58,301 nucleotides of DNA from the NCBI GenBank assembly GCA_035559535.1, contig DATMBG010000038.1:1-58301 (forward strand), given 5' to 3'. Within the stretch, counting starts at the first letter, position 1, and each line of letters starts with the position of its first letter. The DNA comes from Candidatus Limnocylindrales bacterium (GTDB lineage: Bacteria; Moduliflexota; Moduliflexia; Moduliflexales; JAUQPW01). The notes beneath the pieces are model-generated. The model was not told where the DNA came from and made no database searches. It saw nothing but the letters and a program-made list of their open reading frames with translations. Position numbers and translations under genes: made by a program. Below are positions 19,694-29,892 of this stretch, one piece after another.

Positions 19694-20965
19694 TTACGTT
19701 ACGTGTTCTGGGTGGTTAACTTTACTTTTCAAAAACTCCTGCCATTTGATATCCTTTAAGGCTTCGGCAATGATAAAGATATCTTTATCTCCACGTCCGG
19801 AGAGATTGACGACGATGATTTTATCCCGATCCAGTTTCGGAGCCAGTTTAATGGCCTCTGCTACGGCGTGGGCCGATTCCAATGCCGGAATAATCCCTTC
19901 GGTTCGGATTAAGACCTGAAGAGCCTCTAAGGCTTCTTCATCGGTGGCATAGGAAGCCTGAACCCGTCCGGATTCCCACAGGTAGCTGATCTCGGGTCCT
20001 ACGCCTGCATAATCCAGTCCGGCAGAAACGCTATGGGTTTTCATAATCTGACCGTCTTCATCTTGAAGGAAAAAGGATTTAAATCCTTCCACAACCCCCA
20101 ATCGGCCTCCTTGAAAGCGGGCCGCATGCTCCCCCGGCCGAATCCCCCGGCCACCTGCTTCAACGCCGATCAGGTGGACCTTTTCCTCATTTAAAAATTC
20201 ATAAAAAATTCCCATAGCATTACTTCCTCCGCCGACGCAGGCAATAATATAATCCGGAAGTCGCCCTTCTTGTTCCTGGAGCTGTTTTCTCACTTCACGA
20301 CCCACCACCGATTGAAAATCCCGGACGATGGTCGGATAAGGATGGGGGCCTACGGCACTACCCAGAAGGTAATAGGTATCCCGGACATTCTCAATCCAAT
20401 CTTTAAGGGCCGCATTTACCGCATCGGTAAGGGTTTTGTTCCCAAAGGTAACCGGTCGAACCTCGGCACCTAACCTCTCCATCCAAAATACATTGGGACG
20501 TTGCCGGGCTACATCTACCTCACCCATATAAATCACACATTGAAACCCAAACTTGGCCGCAACCGTAGCCGATGCAAGACCATGCTGCCCGGCCCCTGTC
20601 TCTGCAATAATCCTTCGCTTGCCCATCCGTTTTGCCAATAAAGCCTGTCCCAGACAGTGATTGATCTTATGGGCTCCGGTATGATTAAGGCCTTCATTTT
20701 TTACATAAATTTTTGCTCCCTGGAGTTGTCGGGAAAGATTGGAACAAAAATAAAGCGGCGTGGGACGTCCTGAATAATGGGTGTAAAGATCGTTTAGCTC
20801 TTTATGAAACGCCGGATCCTTTTTGGCCTCTAAATAAGCCGCTTCTAATTCTTCCAGGGCAGGAAAAAGCATCTCCGGTACATAACGCCCTCCATAAATA
20901 CCAAAATGACCCCGTTCATCCGGTAGAGCTTGATAATTTGTAACTTGAACAGCTATGCTTTTCAT
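19694..20965 (-). CDS. trpB: tryptophan synthase beta
   Basis: [38 protein letters not shown]. Confidence 0.97.
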   Translation of the reverse strand: MKSIAVQVTNYQALPDERGHFGIYGGRYVPEMLFPALEELEAAYLEAKKDPAFHKELNDLYTHYSGRPTPLYFCSNLSRQLQGAKIYVKNEGLNHTGAHKINHCLGQALLAKRMGKRRIIAETGAGQHGLASATVAAKFGFQCVIYMGEVDVARQRPNVFWMERLGAEVRPVTFGNKTLTDAVNAALKDWIENVRDTYYLLGSAVGPHPYPTIVRDFQSVVGREVRKQLQEQEGRLPDYIIACVGGGSNAMGIFYEFLNEEKVHLIGVEAGGRGIRPGEHAARFQGGRLGVVEGFKSFFLQDEDGQIMKTHSVSAGLDYAGVGPEISYLWESGRVQASYATDEEALEALQVLIRTEGIIPALESAHAVAEAIKLAPKLDRDKIIVVNLSGRGDKDIFIIAEALKDIKWQEFLKSKVNHPEHVT

Positions 20966-21631
20966 CTATCCTGCAGGGTTTGTGATCTGCCGTCCGTTAA
21001 GAACTGCGGACTCCCAACCACGAACCCTTTCAACAAATTTCTTAATCTTTGCTGGATCCTTTCGACCCTCGGTTTCAACACCAGAACTTACATCAACAGC
21101 CATGGGAGAAGTCTCTTGAATAGCTTTACTGACATTCTCCGGGGTTAATCCTCCCGCCAAGAAAAATGGTTTTTTAAAAGTTAACTTCACTTCCCGGGTA
21201 ATCCTTTGTAACCGGGTCCAATCAAAAATCTGTCCACTTCCCCCTTGGATGTTATCGAAGAGATAGTAGGGGACGTTTTGTTGATATAATGTTAACTTTG
21301 TAGAGTCAAACCCGGGACCCACTCCAAAGGTTTTAATAACCGGTCGGAGGATTTCGCAGCAATACTCTGGGCTTTCCTTGCCATGAAGCTGAACATAATC
21401 CAGTTCTACCTGCTCTGCAATCCGATTAACCTCTTCCTGAGGGGAGTCCAGGAACACACCCACAAATTTAACCTGATCCCGGAAAGTCCGGACAATATCC
21501 CGAGCGACGATGGGATTTATATAACGCTTGCTGGGTGGATAAAAAACCAACCCCAGAAAATTTACTCCCTGCTCAATACAAAAACCGGCCGTCTCCAGGT
21601 CTCGGATTCCGCAGATTTTGATTTGAACCAT
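20966..21631 (-). CDS. trpF: phosphoribosylanthranilate isomerase
   Basis: KICGI, QLHG.E, LAGGL, DVSSGVE. Confidence 0.95.
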   Translation of the reverse strand: MVQIKICGIRDLETAGFCIEQGVNFLGLVFYPPSKRYINPIVARDIVRTFRDQVKFVGVFLDSPQEEVNRIAEQVELDYVQLHGKESPEYCCEILRPVIKTFGVGPGFDSTKLTLYQQNVPYYLFDNIQGGSGQIFDWTRLQRITREVKLTFKKPFFLAGGLTPENVSKAIQETSPMAVDVSSGVETEGRKDPAKIKKFVERVRGWESAVLNGRQITNPAG

Positions 21632-21704
21632 ACCCGTAAGGTGAAAAAATGGAAAGGCCGGGGAAACCCTCCCTTTGCCCTATGCCTTTATCCCTTTTGT
21701 TTGG

Positions 21705-22718
21705 TTAACAATTCCGACTGGCTTCAATGTAAGCTTCTAATTTAGCCCGTGCCTTACCACTTTCTAAGATATCCCGGGCCAGCCCCAACCCCTCTTTAAG
21801 ATTTTGGACGACTCCATAAACCAGAAATCCGGCTGCTGCATTGAGTAAGACGAGATCTCGTTTAGGGCCTAGATAAGCCCCTTCTAAAATCCCCCGAACG
21901 ATGAGGACATTTTGATGAACGTCTCCACCGGCTATTTCATCAAAAGTACAACGGGGTATGTTAAAATCCTCTGGCTGCAGGCTATAGCTGTGAATCTCGC
22001 CCTGATGTAATTCCCACACCAGGGTTTTACCTGTTAGGGTTATTTCATCTAACCCATCTTCACCATGAACCACCATCACCCGTTGACTCCCCAACTTCCT
22101 TAATACTTCTAACATTTTGGTAGCGACATGAGGATTAGAGACCCCCAGGACCTGATATTGGGCTCCGGCAGGATTTGTTAAAGGTCCCAGGATGTTAAAT
22201 ATGGTTCGGATTCCCAGCTCTTTTCGCACCGGAACCACATTTTTCATGGCCGGATGAAAGAGTGGAGCCGAGATAAATCCCAGGTTGGTTTGCTGAAGGC
22301 ACTTTTCAACTTGAGACGGTCCCAAATTGATTTGAGCCCCGAGACCTTCGACCACATCTAAGCTGCCACATCTTCCCCCTGCTCCCCGGTTACCATGCTT
22401 GGCAACTTTAACCCCCCCGGCGGCCAGGATAAAAGCACTGGTTGTTGACACATTAAACCTGGGAAGACCACTTCCTCCGGTACCACAGACGTCCAGAACC
22501 GCTCCTTCTACCTGAACTTTCTCACTGAATTCCCGCATAACTTTGGTCATACCGGTGATTTCCTCGACCGTTTCCCCCTTCATGGTCAGGGCAACCAGAA
22601 AACCCGCAGTTTGGGAAGGAGTTAACTCTCCAGCCATAATCTGTCGCATGGCCGTTTCCGCATCGTGTTGGCTGAGATCCTGTTTAAGAACGAGACTTTT
22701 CAGTAGATCTTGGATCAT
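21705..22718 (-). CDS. trpD: anthranilate phosphoribosyltransferase
   Basis: CGTGG, KHGNR, FNILGPLTNP, DGLDE; likely start MIQDLL at 22718. Confidence 0.95.
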   Translation of the reverse strand: MIQDLLKSLVLKQDLSQHDAETAMRQIMAGELTPSQTAGFLVALTMKGETVEEITGMTKVMREFSEKVQVEGAVLDVCGTGGSGLPRFNVSTTSAFILAAGGVKVAKHGNRGAGGRCGSLDVVEGLGAQINLGPSQVEKCLQQTNLGFISAPLFHPAMKNVVPVRKELGIRTIFNILGPLTNPAGAQYQVLGVSNPHVATKMLEVLRKLGSQRVMVVHGEDGLDEITLTGKTLVWELHQGEIHSYSLQPEDFNIPRCTFDEIAGGDVHQNVLIVRGILEGAYLGPKRDLVLLNAAAGFLVYGVVQNLKEGLGLARDILESGKARAKLEAYIEASRNC

Positions 22719-22801
22719 AAAAAGTCCAAAGCCCAAAGTCCGAAGTCCAGAGTCCAGAGGCTGAAATCCCAAACTCATTTAACCTGGAACTTTGGACCTG
22801 T

Positions 22802-23464
22802 TTAACGTATTTTCAAACTAATGGCTACCCCATCCCGAATGGGAATAATATTAGAAATAAGGGCCTCGGAACGGTAGATGAGCCGGTTATATTCCTGAAC
22901 GCCCCGGGTACTGGCATCCGGCGCTTTAGGATCGAGCACACGACCGTACCAAAGAACATTGTCGGTGATCAGGAGCCCCCCGGTTCGTAACTTTTTCATG
23001 GCCTTCTCAAAAGCCAAAGGATAGCTTTCTTTATCAATATCATTAAAAATCAAATCAAAGGTATCCTGGGTAGCCTCCAGGATAGCTATGGCATCGCCTA
23101 CTCTAAAATCTATATATTCGGCGATCCCTCCTCGCTTAAAAAATTCCATAGCCTGTTTGGCATTTTCTGCCTTTCCATCGGTGCAAATAATTTTACCCCC
23201 GGAGGACCCATCTCCCCTATGATTCATGGCTTTAGCCATCCAATAGGCCGAATAACCGAACCCGGAACCCATTTCAAAAATTTTCCTGGCCCCGGTGAGT
23301 CTGACCATTTGATATAATAACCGACCTACCAGAGGACCTACAATGGGAAACCCCCGCGTATATCCTATTTTTTCCATTTCCAGTAATACCTCATCCCGAT
23401 CCGGGATAAGATCTGTTAGATATTTTTCGATCTCCGGATTCGTAATGTCCATACCACCAGACAA
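22802..23464 (-). CDS. SAM-dependent O-methyltransferase (CCoAOMT/YrrM-like)
   Basis: EMGSGFGYS, FDLIFNDIDK, DNVLWYG, RDG. Confidence 0.9.
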   Translation of the reverse strand: MSGGMDITNPEIEKYLTDLIPDRDEVLLEMEKIGYTRGFPIVGPLVGRLLYQMVRLTGARKIFEMGSGFGYSAYWMAKAMNHRGDGSSGGKIICTDGKAENAKQAMEFFKRGGIAEYIDFRVGDAIAILEATQDTFDLIFNDIDKESYPLAFEKAMKKLRTGGLLITDNVLWYGRVLDPKAPDASTRGVQEYNRLIYRSEALISNIIPIRDGVAISLKIR

Positions 23465-23497
23465 TGAAAGACGAAAAGGAAAAGAGAAAAGGAAACA

Positions 23498-24151
23498 TTA
23501 ACTTTCCCCCTTGGTCTTTTCCCTTTCACCTATGTTAAGATGATGCGTATCATTTAAACAGGTCAGTACCGGGCCCTTTTCGCCGAATTCGAGGATCGTT
23601 TTGGCGGCTAAATTTTGTCCGAGTTTTCTGAAATTGGATAATTCCAACTCAATAGCCTTACAAATGATGGTTAAATTTGTAAACTTATGGGCCACCACCA
23701 CCACGGTTTGGCCTGCATGGGCTTTGTAAATGCGCTCAACAGCCTGCCAGGCACGCTCCTGAAGCTGTACCAAAGACTCTCCTCCCGGTAACACCAGGGT
23801 GGCGGGTCGATGAGCCCATTCCCGCATAAGATCGGGATAGTGGGTCAGAAGTTCCTGGGCGGTCAATCCCTCTAACTGACCCTGATTGAGCTCTTTGAGC
23901 TGGTCGTCTGCCTGCACAGATAAAGTTCGTGAGGATGTTGCCTGTAACATCCTGGCAATGATTTGGGCCGTCTCGTAAGCCCGTTTCAAAGGGCTTGAAT
24001 AAATGGCCTGGACAGGTTCCTGTTTTAAAGTCAAAGCCAAAAGTTGGGCCTGTTCCCGACCTCTCGGACTGAGCTCAATATCGCTGAAGCCTTGACAGCG
24101 CTGGGTTTCATTCCATAAGGTTTCTCCGTGCCGGACCAAAATTAGCCGCAT
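23498..24151 (-). CDS. histidine phosphatase family protein (CobC/GpmB-like)
   Basis: RHGET, SSPLKRA, ELNQG, GGES, LNDTHHL. Confidence 0.9.
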   Translation of the reverse strand: MRLILVRHGETLWNETQRCQGFSDIELSPRGREQAQLLALTLKQEPVQAIYSSPLKRAYETAQIIARMLQATSSRTLSVQADDQLKELNQGQLEGLTAQELLTHYPDLMREWAHRPATLVLPGGESLVQLQERAWQAVERIYKAHAGQTVVVVAHKFTNLTIICKAIELELSNFRKLGQNLAAKTILEFGEKGPVLTCLNDTHHLNIGEREKTKGES

Positions 24152-24233
24152 CTTCTACCTCTACAAAATTTTTTCAGTCCTTATAACCATAAGCGATAAT
24201 TTTCTAAAACGTCAACGAAAAAATCCAATCCGA

Positions 24234-24539
24234 CTACACAACTTCTACCTCAATGATCGTCCGGGGATTTTGGGGGTCGATCTTTCGAACAATTTGTTGT
24301 TCACAAATCGGATTGCGTGAATTAAAAGCAGAACCCCTCAAAACCTTGACAATCGATTCGGCAAGTTGCCTCAAGGAAATTCCCTTTTTCCTGGCGTTAC
24401 CGATGTAAGTTATTTTTAAAATGGTATCCCCCTTTTGGGGAACAGGCGCTTGAAGCTCCCTTAACCTTTTGATCTCGCTTTTTAATTTACGAAAAGACTG
24501 ATCCAATATGTCACCGTCTATGATAAATTGATTCTTCAT
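24234..24539 (-). CDS. small hypothetical protein, RusA-like fold without catalytic Asp residues
   Basis: SD AGGGAG before MKNQF; C-terminal D.QNPRTIIEV pattern typical of RusA; see findings. Confidence 0.55.
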   Translation of the reverse strand: MKNQFIIDGDILDQSFRKLKSEIKRLRELQAPVPQKGDTILKITYIGNARKKGISLRQLAESIVKVLRGSAFNSRNPICEQQIVRKIDPQNPRTIIEVEVV

Positions 24540-24618
24540 ACCTGTACGCTCCCTCATTCTAAGTGCTGCTTAAAATACCACCCGGCTTTAGTTACCGGAT
24601 AGATTTTATTTTTCTTTC

Positions 24619-24646
24619 AATATAGCAAATAAAAGGCGAAAGTCAA
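24619..24646 (-). promoter_or_regulatory. sigma70-type promoter
   Basis: TTGACT-16bp-TATATT with extended TG. Confidence 0.55.
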
Positions 24647-24818
24647 GGAAGAAAAAGGAAGAAGTGGAGATAAGGAAGCGTAAGCAAAATGAAACCTGTG
24701 GCTTCGAAGGGTTTAATTTCTTCTACCTTTTCACCGGGAAAAGGTTGCATAATTACATAGAGGTAATTCTGGTTGACCGTCACCCTTCAACTTTAACCTA
24801 AAATGAGGGAGTTATCCT

Positions 24819-25940
24819 ATGCCACATAGATTTCTTCAAAAACTAATCCTTACTCTTTCCGGGTCTTTTTTGTTTGATGGGCGCCTCCACAGGCGAAAAA
24901 GGAGACCCACGGGAAATTTAGCCCTTATAGGTCTGTTAGGGGTTCTTCTGCTGGGTAACCGTTTATCCTCTACGACCGGAGTCGAGACCGGGGAAGGAAA
25001 GTTCCCCAATTATACTACGGCCCTTGGTATTGCGTTGGAGTCCCTTCCCTATCCTTATCCCGTACATTATCTCTCCCTGGAGATTGAAGGGCAACCTCTC
25101 CGAATGGCTTATATGGAGGTACAGCCCTCCGGTACGGGTAATGGACGGGCTGTTGTGCTTTTACATGGAAAGAATTTCTACGGAAGTTACTGGGAGAATA
25201 CGATCCAGGTCTTATCGAAGGCCGGGTATAGGGTCATTGTCCCGGATCAGATCGGTTTTGGAAAATCAGCCAAGCCCGATATTCATTACAGCTTTGATCT
25301 TTTAGCTGCCAACACGGCCCAATTGCTGGACCATCTCAAAGTTGAAAAAGTTGCTGTGGTGGGGCATTCCATGGGTGGAATGCTGGCGGTACGCTTTGCC
25401 CGCAACTATCCCCAACGGACTACCCATCTGATATTGGAAAACCCCATAGGGTTGGAAGATTATCGGTTTAAAGTTCCCCCTCTGTCTTTGGAAAAGCTGA
25501 TTGAAAATGAGATGACCCAGACGCCGGAGAAAATACGGGCTTTTTTTAAACATTATGTGGTAGAGTGGAAACCGGAAATCTACGAACCCTATGTGGAAGT
25601 ACGTACCCGCATCCTGTTGAGTGGAGAATATCCCCGCTGGGCGAAGTCTTCGGCCTTAACCTATCAGATGATTTACCAGCAACCGGTTCGGCATGAATTT
25701 GGTTTAATTGAACCGCCAACTCTGTTAGTTATCGGTCTGGCGGATCGTACGACCCTGGGACGCGGTTCTGTTCCAGAGGAGGTATTGAAAACCCTGGGAC
25801 AATATCCTGAGTTAGGAAAGGCCGCTGCCAGGGATATTCCCCATTGTAAGCTGGTGGAATTGGAGAATGTAGGCCATATCCCCCATCTGGAGGCCCCGGA
25901 GAAGTTTCATGGGGCGTTACTGGATTTCCTAAAATCTTGA
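24819..25940 (+). CDS. alpha/beta hydrolase
   Basis: LLHGKNF, PDQIGFGKS, GHSMGG nucleophile elbow, GHIPH. Confidence 0.9.
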   Translation: MPHRFLQKLILTLSGSFLFDGRLHRRKRRPTGNLALIGLLGVLLLGNRLSSTTGVETGEGKFPNYTTALGIALESLPYPYPVHYLSLEIEGQPLRMAYMEVQPSGTGNGRAVVLLHGKNFYGSYWENTIQVLSKAGYRVIVPDQIGFGKSAKPDIHYSFDLLAANTAQLLDHLKVEKVAVVGHSMGGMLAVRFARNYPQRTTHLILENPIGLEDYRFKVPPLSLEKLIENEMTQTPEKIRAFFKHYVVEWKPEIYEPYVEVRTRILLSGEYPRWAKSSALTYQMIYQQPVRHEFGLIEPPTLLVIGLADRTTLGRGSVPEEVLKTLGQYPELGKAAARDIPHCKLVELENVGHIPHLEAPEKFHGALLDFLKS

Positions 25941-25941
25941 T

Positions 25942-26865
25942 TTATTTCTCCTGACCTTCAAATTCCAGGGGTGAATTAGGCGGGCCGACCAGAAGGGGAT
26001 TGGCATTAGGACCGGTAATGTTAGACTGAGGCGGAGTAACCAGGAGGGGGTTGGCGTTGGGACCGGTAAGATTCGGTTGAAGAAGGGTTGGATTTACAGA
26101 AAACGGGTCGGGTTTAGGCTCGATAAGGATAGGAACGGTAAAGGTGATTTCCTCCAGGGATGCGTTTGAAGAGCCGGCTTTTCCTTTACGAGGGAAGCCC
26201 AGGGTGACACGAATCGCTTTGGGTAACTGGTTCTTGGACTTTCCATCCCAACTATTAACCCAGCGTCCGGATTGGGGATCTCTTTTGTTCTTTTCATAGT
26301 ACTCAAACCTGAGCTCAGAAACCTCGGGGTCCAATTCGATGGGATCTCCTAAATCTTTGATTGAAATATCCCCGGTAAATACGATTTTCTCTCTTTTTAT
26401 CAATCCCCTTTCGTTATCCAGATCATAGTAGACAAACATGAGGCCTCCTCCCCGCTCTCCTTTGGAGCCTTGGACGAGGGTTGTCGTGAAACCCAGGCTA
26501 TGTTCCTCGCCGTAGAAGATCAAATGAGGTTTTGTATTACCCGCCTTTTGAAATTTGTAAGGATAAAGCGATTTAAGTTGCTGGACCATCTCATCGGTCA
26601 GAATCCGAATCTGCTGATACCGTTCCGTCGCTCCCTCCCCTCGCTCCCAGGAAAGGATTCCTATATGGAGGCTACTGGCTATAATAGCCGTAATAAGGCT
26701 GAGGATAGAAATGGCAATCAGAATTTCCAGCAAAGTGAATCCCTTCTCAGAAGGGAAAAGCGCAGGGATCGGGGCCATGGCTGTTGCCTCTTTGAGACTT
26801 TCATTTTTTGTTCGGGCCCCTGGGGTTATCTGTTGCTTTTTATTTTTTTTCACCTTTCGTCTCAT
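25942..26865 (-). CDS. gspJ: type II secretion minor pseudopilin GspJ-like
   Basis: G|FTLLE prepilin site; W..SWD...LPKAIRVTL; Pro-rich tail. Confidence 0.8.
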   Translation of the reverse strand: MRRKVKKNKKQQITPGARTKNESLKEATAMAPIPALFPSEKGFTLLEILIAISILSLITAIIASSLHIGILSWERGEGATERYQQIRILTDEMVQQLKSLYPYKFQKAGNTKPHLIFYGEEHSLGFTTTLVQGSKGERGGGLMFVYYDLDNERGLIKREKIVFTGDISIKDLGDPIELDPEVSELRFEYYEKNKRDPQSGRWVNSWDGKSKNQLPKAIRVTLGFPRKGKAGSSNASLEEITFTVPILIEPKPDPFSVNPTLLQPNLTGPNANPLLVTPPQSNITGPNANPLLVGPPNSPLEFEGQEK

Positions 26866-27352
26866 TTTTTGTCAAAACGGTTCGTAAGGTAGTCAATTCT
26901 ACGTCCCGCGTCTTATTCCCAGAAGACCAGGAGACGGTGACTTTCACCTCAAACATTCTAACCGGAGAAGAGGACTCCTCCTTGTCCAGAGAATAGGGCG
27001 TAACCGTTCTTTGCCACCTGTAGCCATCGGAAAATTCCCCGGCCTCCGTGCCTTCCGTCAGGGGATTGAGATCCAATTCTTCTATCAACTCTTGAGCATG
27101 GGTCAAAGCCTGGGTATATTCCTTGGAAGAGAGAACCAATCTCAAGTCGTGGGAAAAGACTTCGATGGCCGAAATCAGACCGATACTGAGTATGGTCAGC
27201 GCGATGATAATTTCCAGGAGGGTAAACCCCCCCTCCGGCGTCCATGGCTCCTTAGCCGTTGTTTTTTTTCCTTCCCTTAAAAGCCAAAGACGATGAATTG
27301 GGTATTTTGAATGGCAGGTGATAAGCCACAAACCACGGACCAAAAAACTCAT
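26840..27352 (-). CDS. gspI: type II secretion minor pseudopilin GspI-like
   Basis: G|FTLLE site; GYRW, VKVTVSW...VELTTLR. Confidence 0.8.
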   Translation of the reverse strand: MSFLVRGLWLITCHSKYPIHRLWLLREGKKTTAKEPWTPEGGFTLLEIIIALTILSIGLISAIEVFSHDLRLVLSSKEYTQALTHAQELIEELDLNPLTEGTEAGEFSDGYRWQRTVTPYSLDKEESSSPVRMFEVKVTVSWSSGNKTRDVELTTLRTVLTKNETKGEKK

Positions 27353-27876
27353 TTTTTCAGTTTTACCTTCCCGGTCAGGGGATCGACCACGATGGTATGG
27401 AGAATATTATAACTATCTTTAAGAATGATCTCTCCCCCGGAGGAGTCTCCACGAGGATAGAACACAATGGCTGCCGTACCCGACGTAATCTCTTTCTTAG
27501 GACCCAGCAAGACCTTCTCGATTTTAAGCTGGGCTTCCAGAGGGGTTGCGGTAGCAGGCACCTCAATTTCCTTAGCAGGATTAGAAGAAGAGGCAGGATC
27601 CGGACCCTCTACAGGAGCCAGCCAGTAACTATAACTCGTCAGATCTAAGTACACCTGATAGGGTTGTTTCATGGTTACCGCCTGGCTTCTTGCATAGCGT
27701 AACGTGGTAGTGAGTTTATTAATGGCCGTCCTCTGTTCCAGGTTGGCAAGACTCTTAAAAAGAGAGGGAGTCACCGTAGCCAGGATGAAAGAGGCAATGA
27801 CCAAAACTATGACCATCTCAATAAGGGAGAAACCTTTATTTTTTTTTAAATACCGGACACTCCCTTCAAGACCCAT
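27349..27876 (-). CDS. gspH: GspH/FimT-like pseudopilin
   Basis: G|FSLIE site; LRYARSQA; FYPRGDSSGG; VDPLTG; probable start 27876. Confidence 0.8.
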   Translation of the reverse strand: MGLEGSVRYLKKNKGFSLIEMVIVLVIASFILATVTPSLFKSLANLEQRTAINKLTTTLRYARSQAVTMKQPYQVYLDLTSYSYWLAPVEGPDPASSSNPAKEIEVPATATPLEAQLKIEKVLLGPKKEITSGTAAIVFYPRGDSSGGEIILKDSYNILHTIVVDPLTGKVKLKK

Positions 27877-27940
27877 AAATCTGTTAATTAATTCTTTTTG
27901 CCCGGTACCGTTAGATCTGTTCAAGGTTTTGAGATAGTTT

Positions 27941-29164
27941 CTAAAAGGGTATATTGCTGATACTAAAAATCGACGTTGCAATGGAGTAGACCAGCAAGCC
28001 CACAATCAGTCCCATAATGACGATGATCAAGGGTTCGATGAGTCGAATGAAGCGGTTAAGGGTTCTACGGACCTCCTCGTCGTAAATATCTGCAATTTTA
28101 AAGAGCATCTCCACCAATTTTCCGACCTCTTCTCCCACGGCCAGCATGCGTACGGCCATAGGAGGAAAAACCTGACTTTCCCCCAGGGGACGGGAGATGT
28201 TTTGGCCTTCTGTGATTCTTTCGCTGATGCCGCGGACTTGAGAAGCTATATAGGTATTCTCGACGACTTCTCGAACGATTTGAAGGGCCGATAATAAAGG
28301 AACCCCTCCGGCCATCAAGGTTCCTAAAGTTCGGGAAAACCTGGCTACTTCTTTACCTTGAACGAAATTTTTTACCAGGGGGATTTTTAATTTCCAGCTA
28401 TCCAGTATTAATTGGATTTCAGGATCTTTTATAAAATGTCGGTAAAGCAGAATACCCGCCAAGAGGGTTCCCAATCCCGCCCACCAGTAACTTTTGATGC
28501 CCTCACTCAATAAAATCAATACGGATAAAGTCACGGGCATTTGTTGACCCATATTCTCAAAAATCGTAGCAAATCGTGGAACCACCGTCGTAATCAAGAT
28601 TCCAATAGCTCCAAGGCTGACCAGGGTAATCAGAATGGGATAAATCAGGGCAGAAATGATCTCTTCCCGAAGTCTTTGGGATCTTTCCAGGAATTCTGCA
28701 AGGTAAGAGAGGACCGTACTTAAATTTCCGCCGGCTTCTCCGGATCTCACCATCCGGACATACATCTTGGAGAAGACAGAGGGGTGTTTGGCCAGACTGT
28801 CCGAGAAAGTAACCCCTGTGTGGACATCCTCCAGGATTTTTCGAACCAGATTTTGGAATTTTCCCTTTCGGCTCAATTCGACCAGGGTGCTCAGGCTGAC
28901 ATCCAAAGGTACTGCAGCTTCCAGAAGAATAGCCAGTTGTTGGGTAAAGTTTAAAACATCCTTTCCACCAATCCGACCCAGAAGAGACCTTATTCTCCCC
29001 TCAGAGGGGAAATCCTCTCGCGTCGCCGAGGGAAGACCGATCTGGATGGGATAGTATCCTTGCTCGTGGAGTCGATCTACCACGACAGATTCATCCCTGG
29101 CTTCGATGGTTCCATCGATAATTTTACCTGACGTATCCGTTGCTTTATAAAAGAAAGTAGGCAT
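27941..29164 (-). CDS. gspF: type II secretion/T4P inner-membrane platform protein
   Basis: FTQQLA.LL, GEAGG, SALIYP, FSRTLGTL, LIEP; start MPTFFYKA. Confidence 0.92.
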   Translation of the reverse strand: MPTFFYKATDTSGKIIDGTIEARDESVVVDRLHEQGYYPIQIGLPSATREDFPSEGRIRSLLGRIGGKDVLNFTQQLAILLEAAVPLDVSLSTLVELSRKGKFQNLVRKILEDVHTGVTFSDSLAKHPSVFSKMYVRMVRSGEAGGNLSTVLSYLAEFLERSQRLREEIISALIYPILITLVSLGAIGILITTVVPRFATIFENMGQQMPVTLSVLILLSEGIKSYWWAGLGTLLAGILLYRHFIKDPEIQLILDSWKLKIPLVKNFVQGKEVARFSRTLGTLMAGGVPLLSALQIVREVVENTYIASQVRGISERITEGQNISRPLGESQVFPPMAVRMLAVGEEVGKLVEMLFKIADIYDEEVRRTLNRFIRLIEPLIIVIMGLIVGLLVYSIATSIFSISNIPF

Positions 29165-29255
29165 CCTGGATACTACATATGCCACGGCCCGCATGGCTTG
29201 TCAAGTTTTTAGTTTCACCGGGGTCTGTATCCATTAACCGGCTCACGAATTCCCC

Positions 29256-29284
29256 TTGACAACCCGGCGCCGTTCCTCCATAAT
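29256..29284 (+). promoter_or_regulatory. sigma70-type promoter
   Basis: TTGACA-17bp-CATAAT upstream of the CBS gene. Confidence 0.65.
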
Positions 29285-29443
29285 TTTAGAATGGAAGCAT
29301 GTACGCTAAAAACTTCTTCTCCCCGAAGAGTTTACTTTAACACCTGGGAAATCTCAGGTAAAAGGCTTTTCTCGAAAATAGAGGGGTAAGGCCTCTTTGT
29401 CCTTAAGAAGACAGGCTTTATCCATAGGCCTAGGGGGTGCGTT

Positions 29444-29887
29444 ATGAAAACCATCAGCGATATTATAAAAGATCAGGTTCCCTGTTCCGTAGCTAAAGAT
29501 CAAACGGTATTCGAGGTTGCGCGTTACATGACAGATTGTCAGGTAGGAGCGGTACCGGTTGTGGAGGGGGATCGCATCTTAGGCATCTTTTCCGAACGGG
29601 ATCTCATGACCCGGGTCGTTGTAAAAGAACTGGACCCCAAGTCAACTCCCGTAGGGGATGTCATGACCACCGATGTGGTCGTTATTGATACCAACGAGAG
29701 TTACGAAAACTGCATTCGGAAGATGAAGCAGTTAAATTGCCGACATCTTCCGGTGGTATCCCAGGATCGAAAGTTAATCGGAGTTATCTCGCTGAGGGAC
29801 CTTCTATGGCTGGATAAGATGGAGAAGGAGGAAGAGCTTAAAATGTTGAACGAATACGTATATGGCGTGCCCGTTGCGGCTACTTAA
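29444..29887 (+). CDS. CBS domain pair protein
   Basis: GIFSERD, RHLPVV, GVISLRDL. Confidence 0.9.
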   Translation: MKTISDIIKDQVPCSVAKDQTVFEVARYMTDCQVGAVPVVEGDRILGIFSERDLMTRVVVKELDPKSTPVGDVMTTDVVVIDTNESYENCIRKMKQLNCRHLPVVSQDRKLIGVISLRDLLWLDKMEKEEELKMLNEYVYGVPVAAT

Positions 29888-29892
29888 TACAG

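Noticed and set aside
22719-22778. N-terminal extension of trpD (similarly rplT 34427-34474)
   Set aside because: Heptamer repeat translated by chance.
22780-23500. trp attenuator or T-box
   Set aside because: No Trp-rich leader peptide or T-box consensus seen upstream of trpD.
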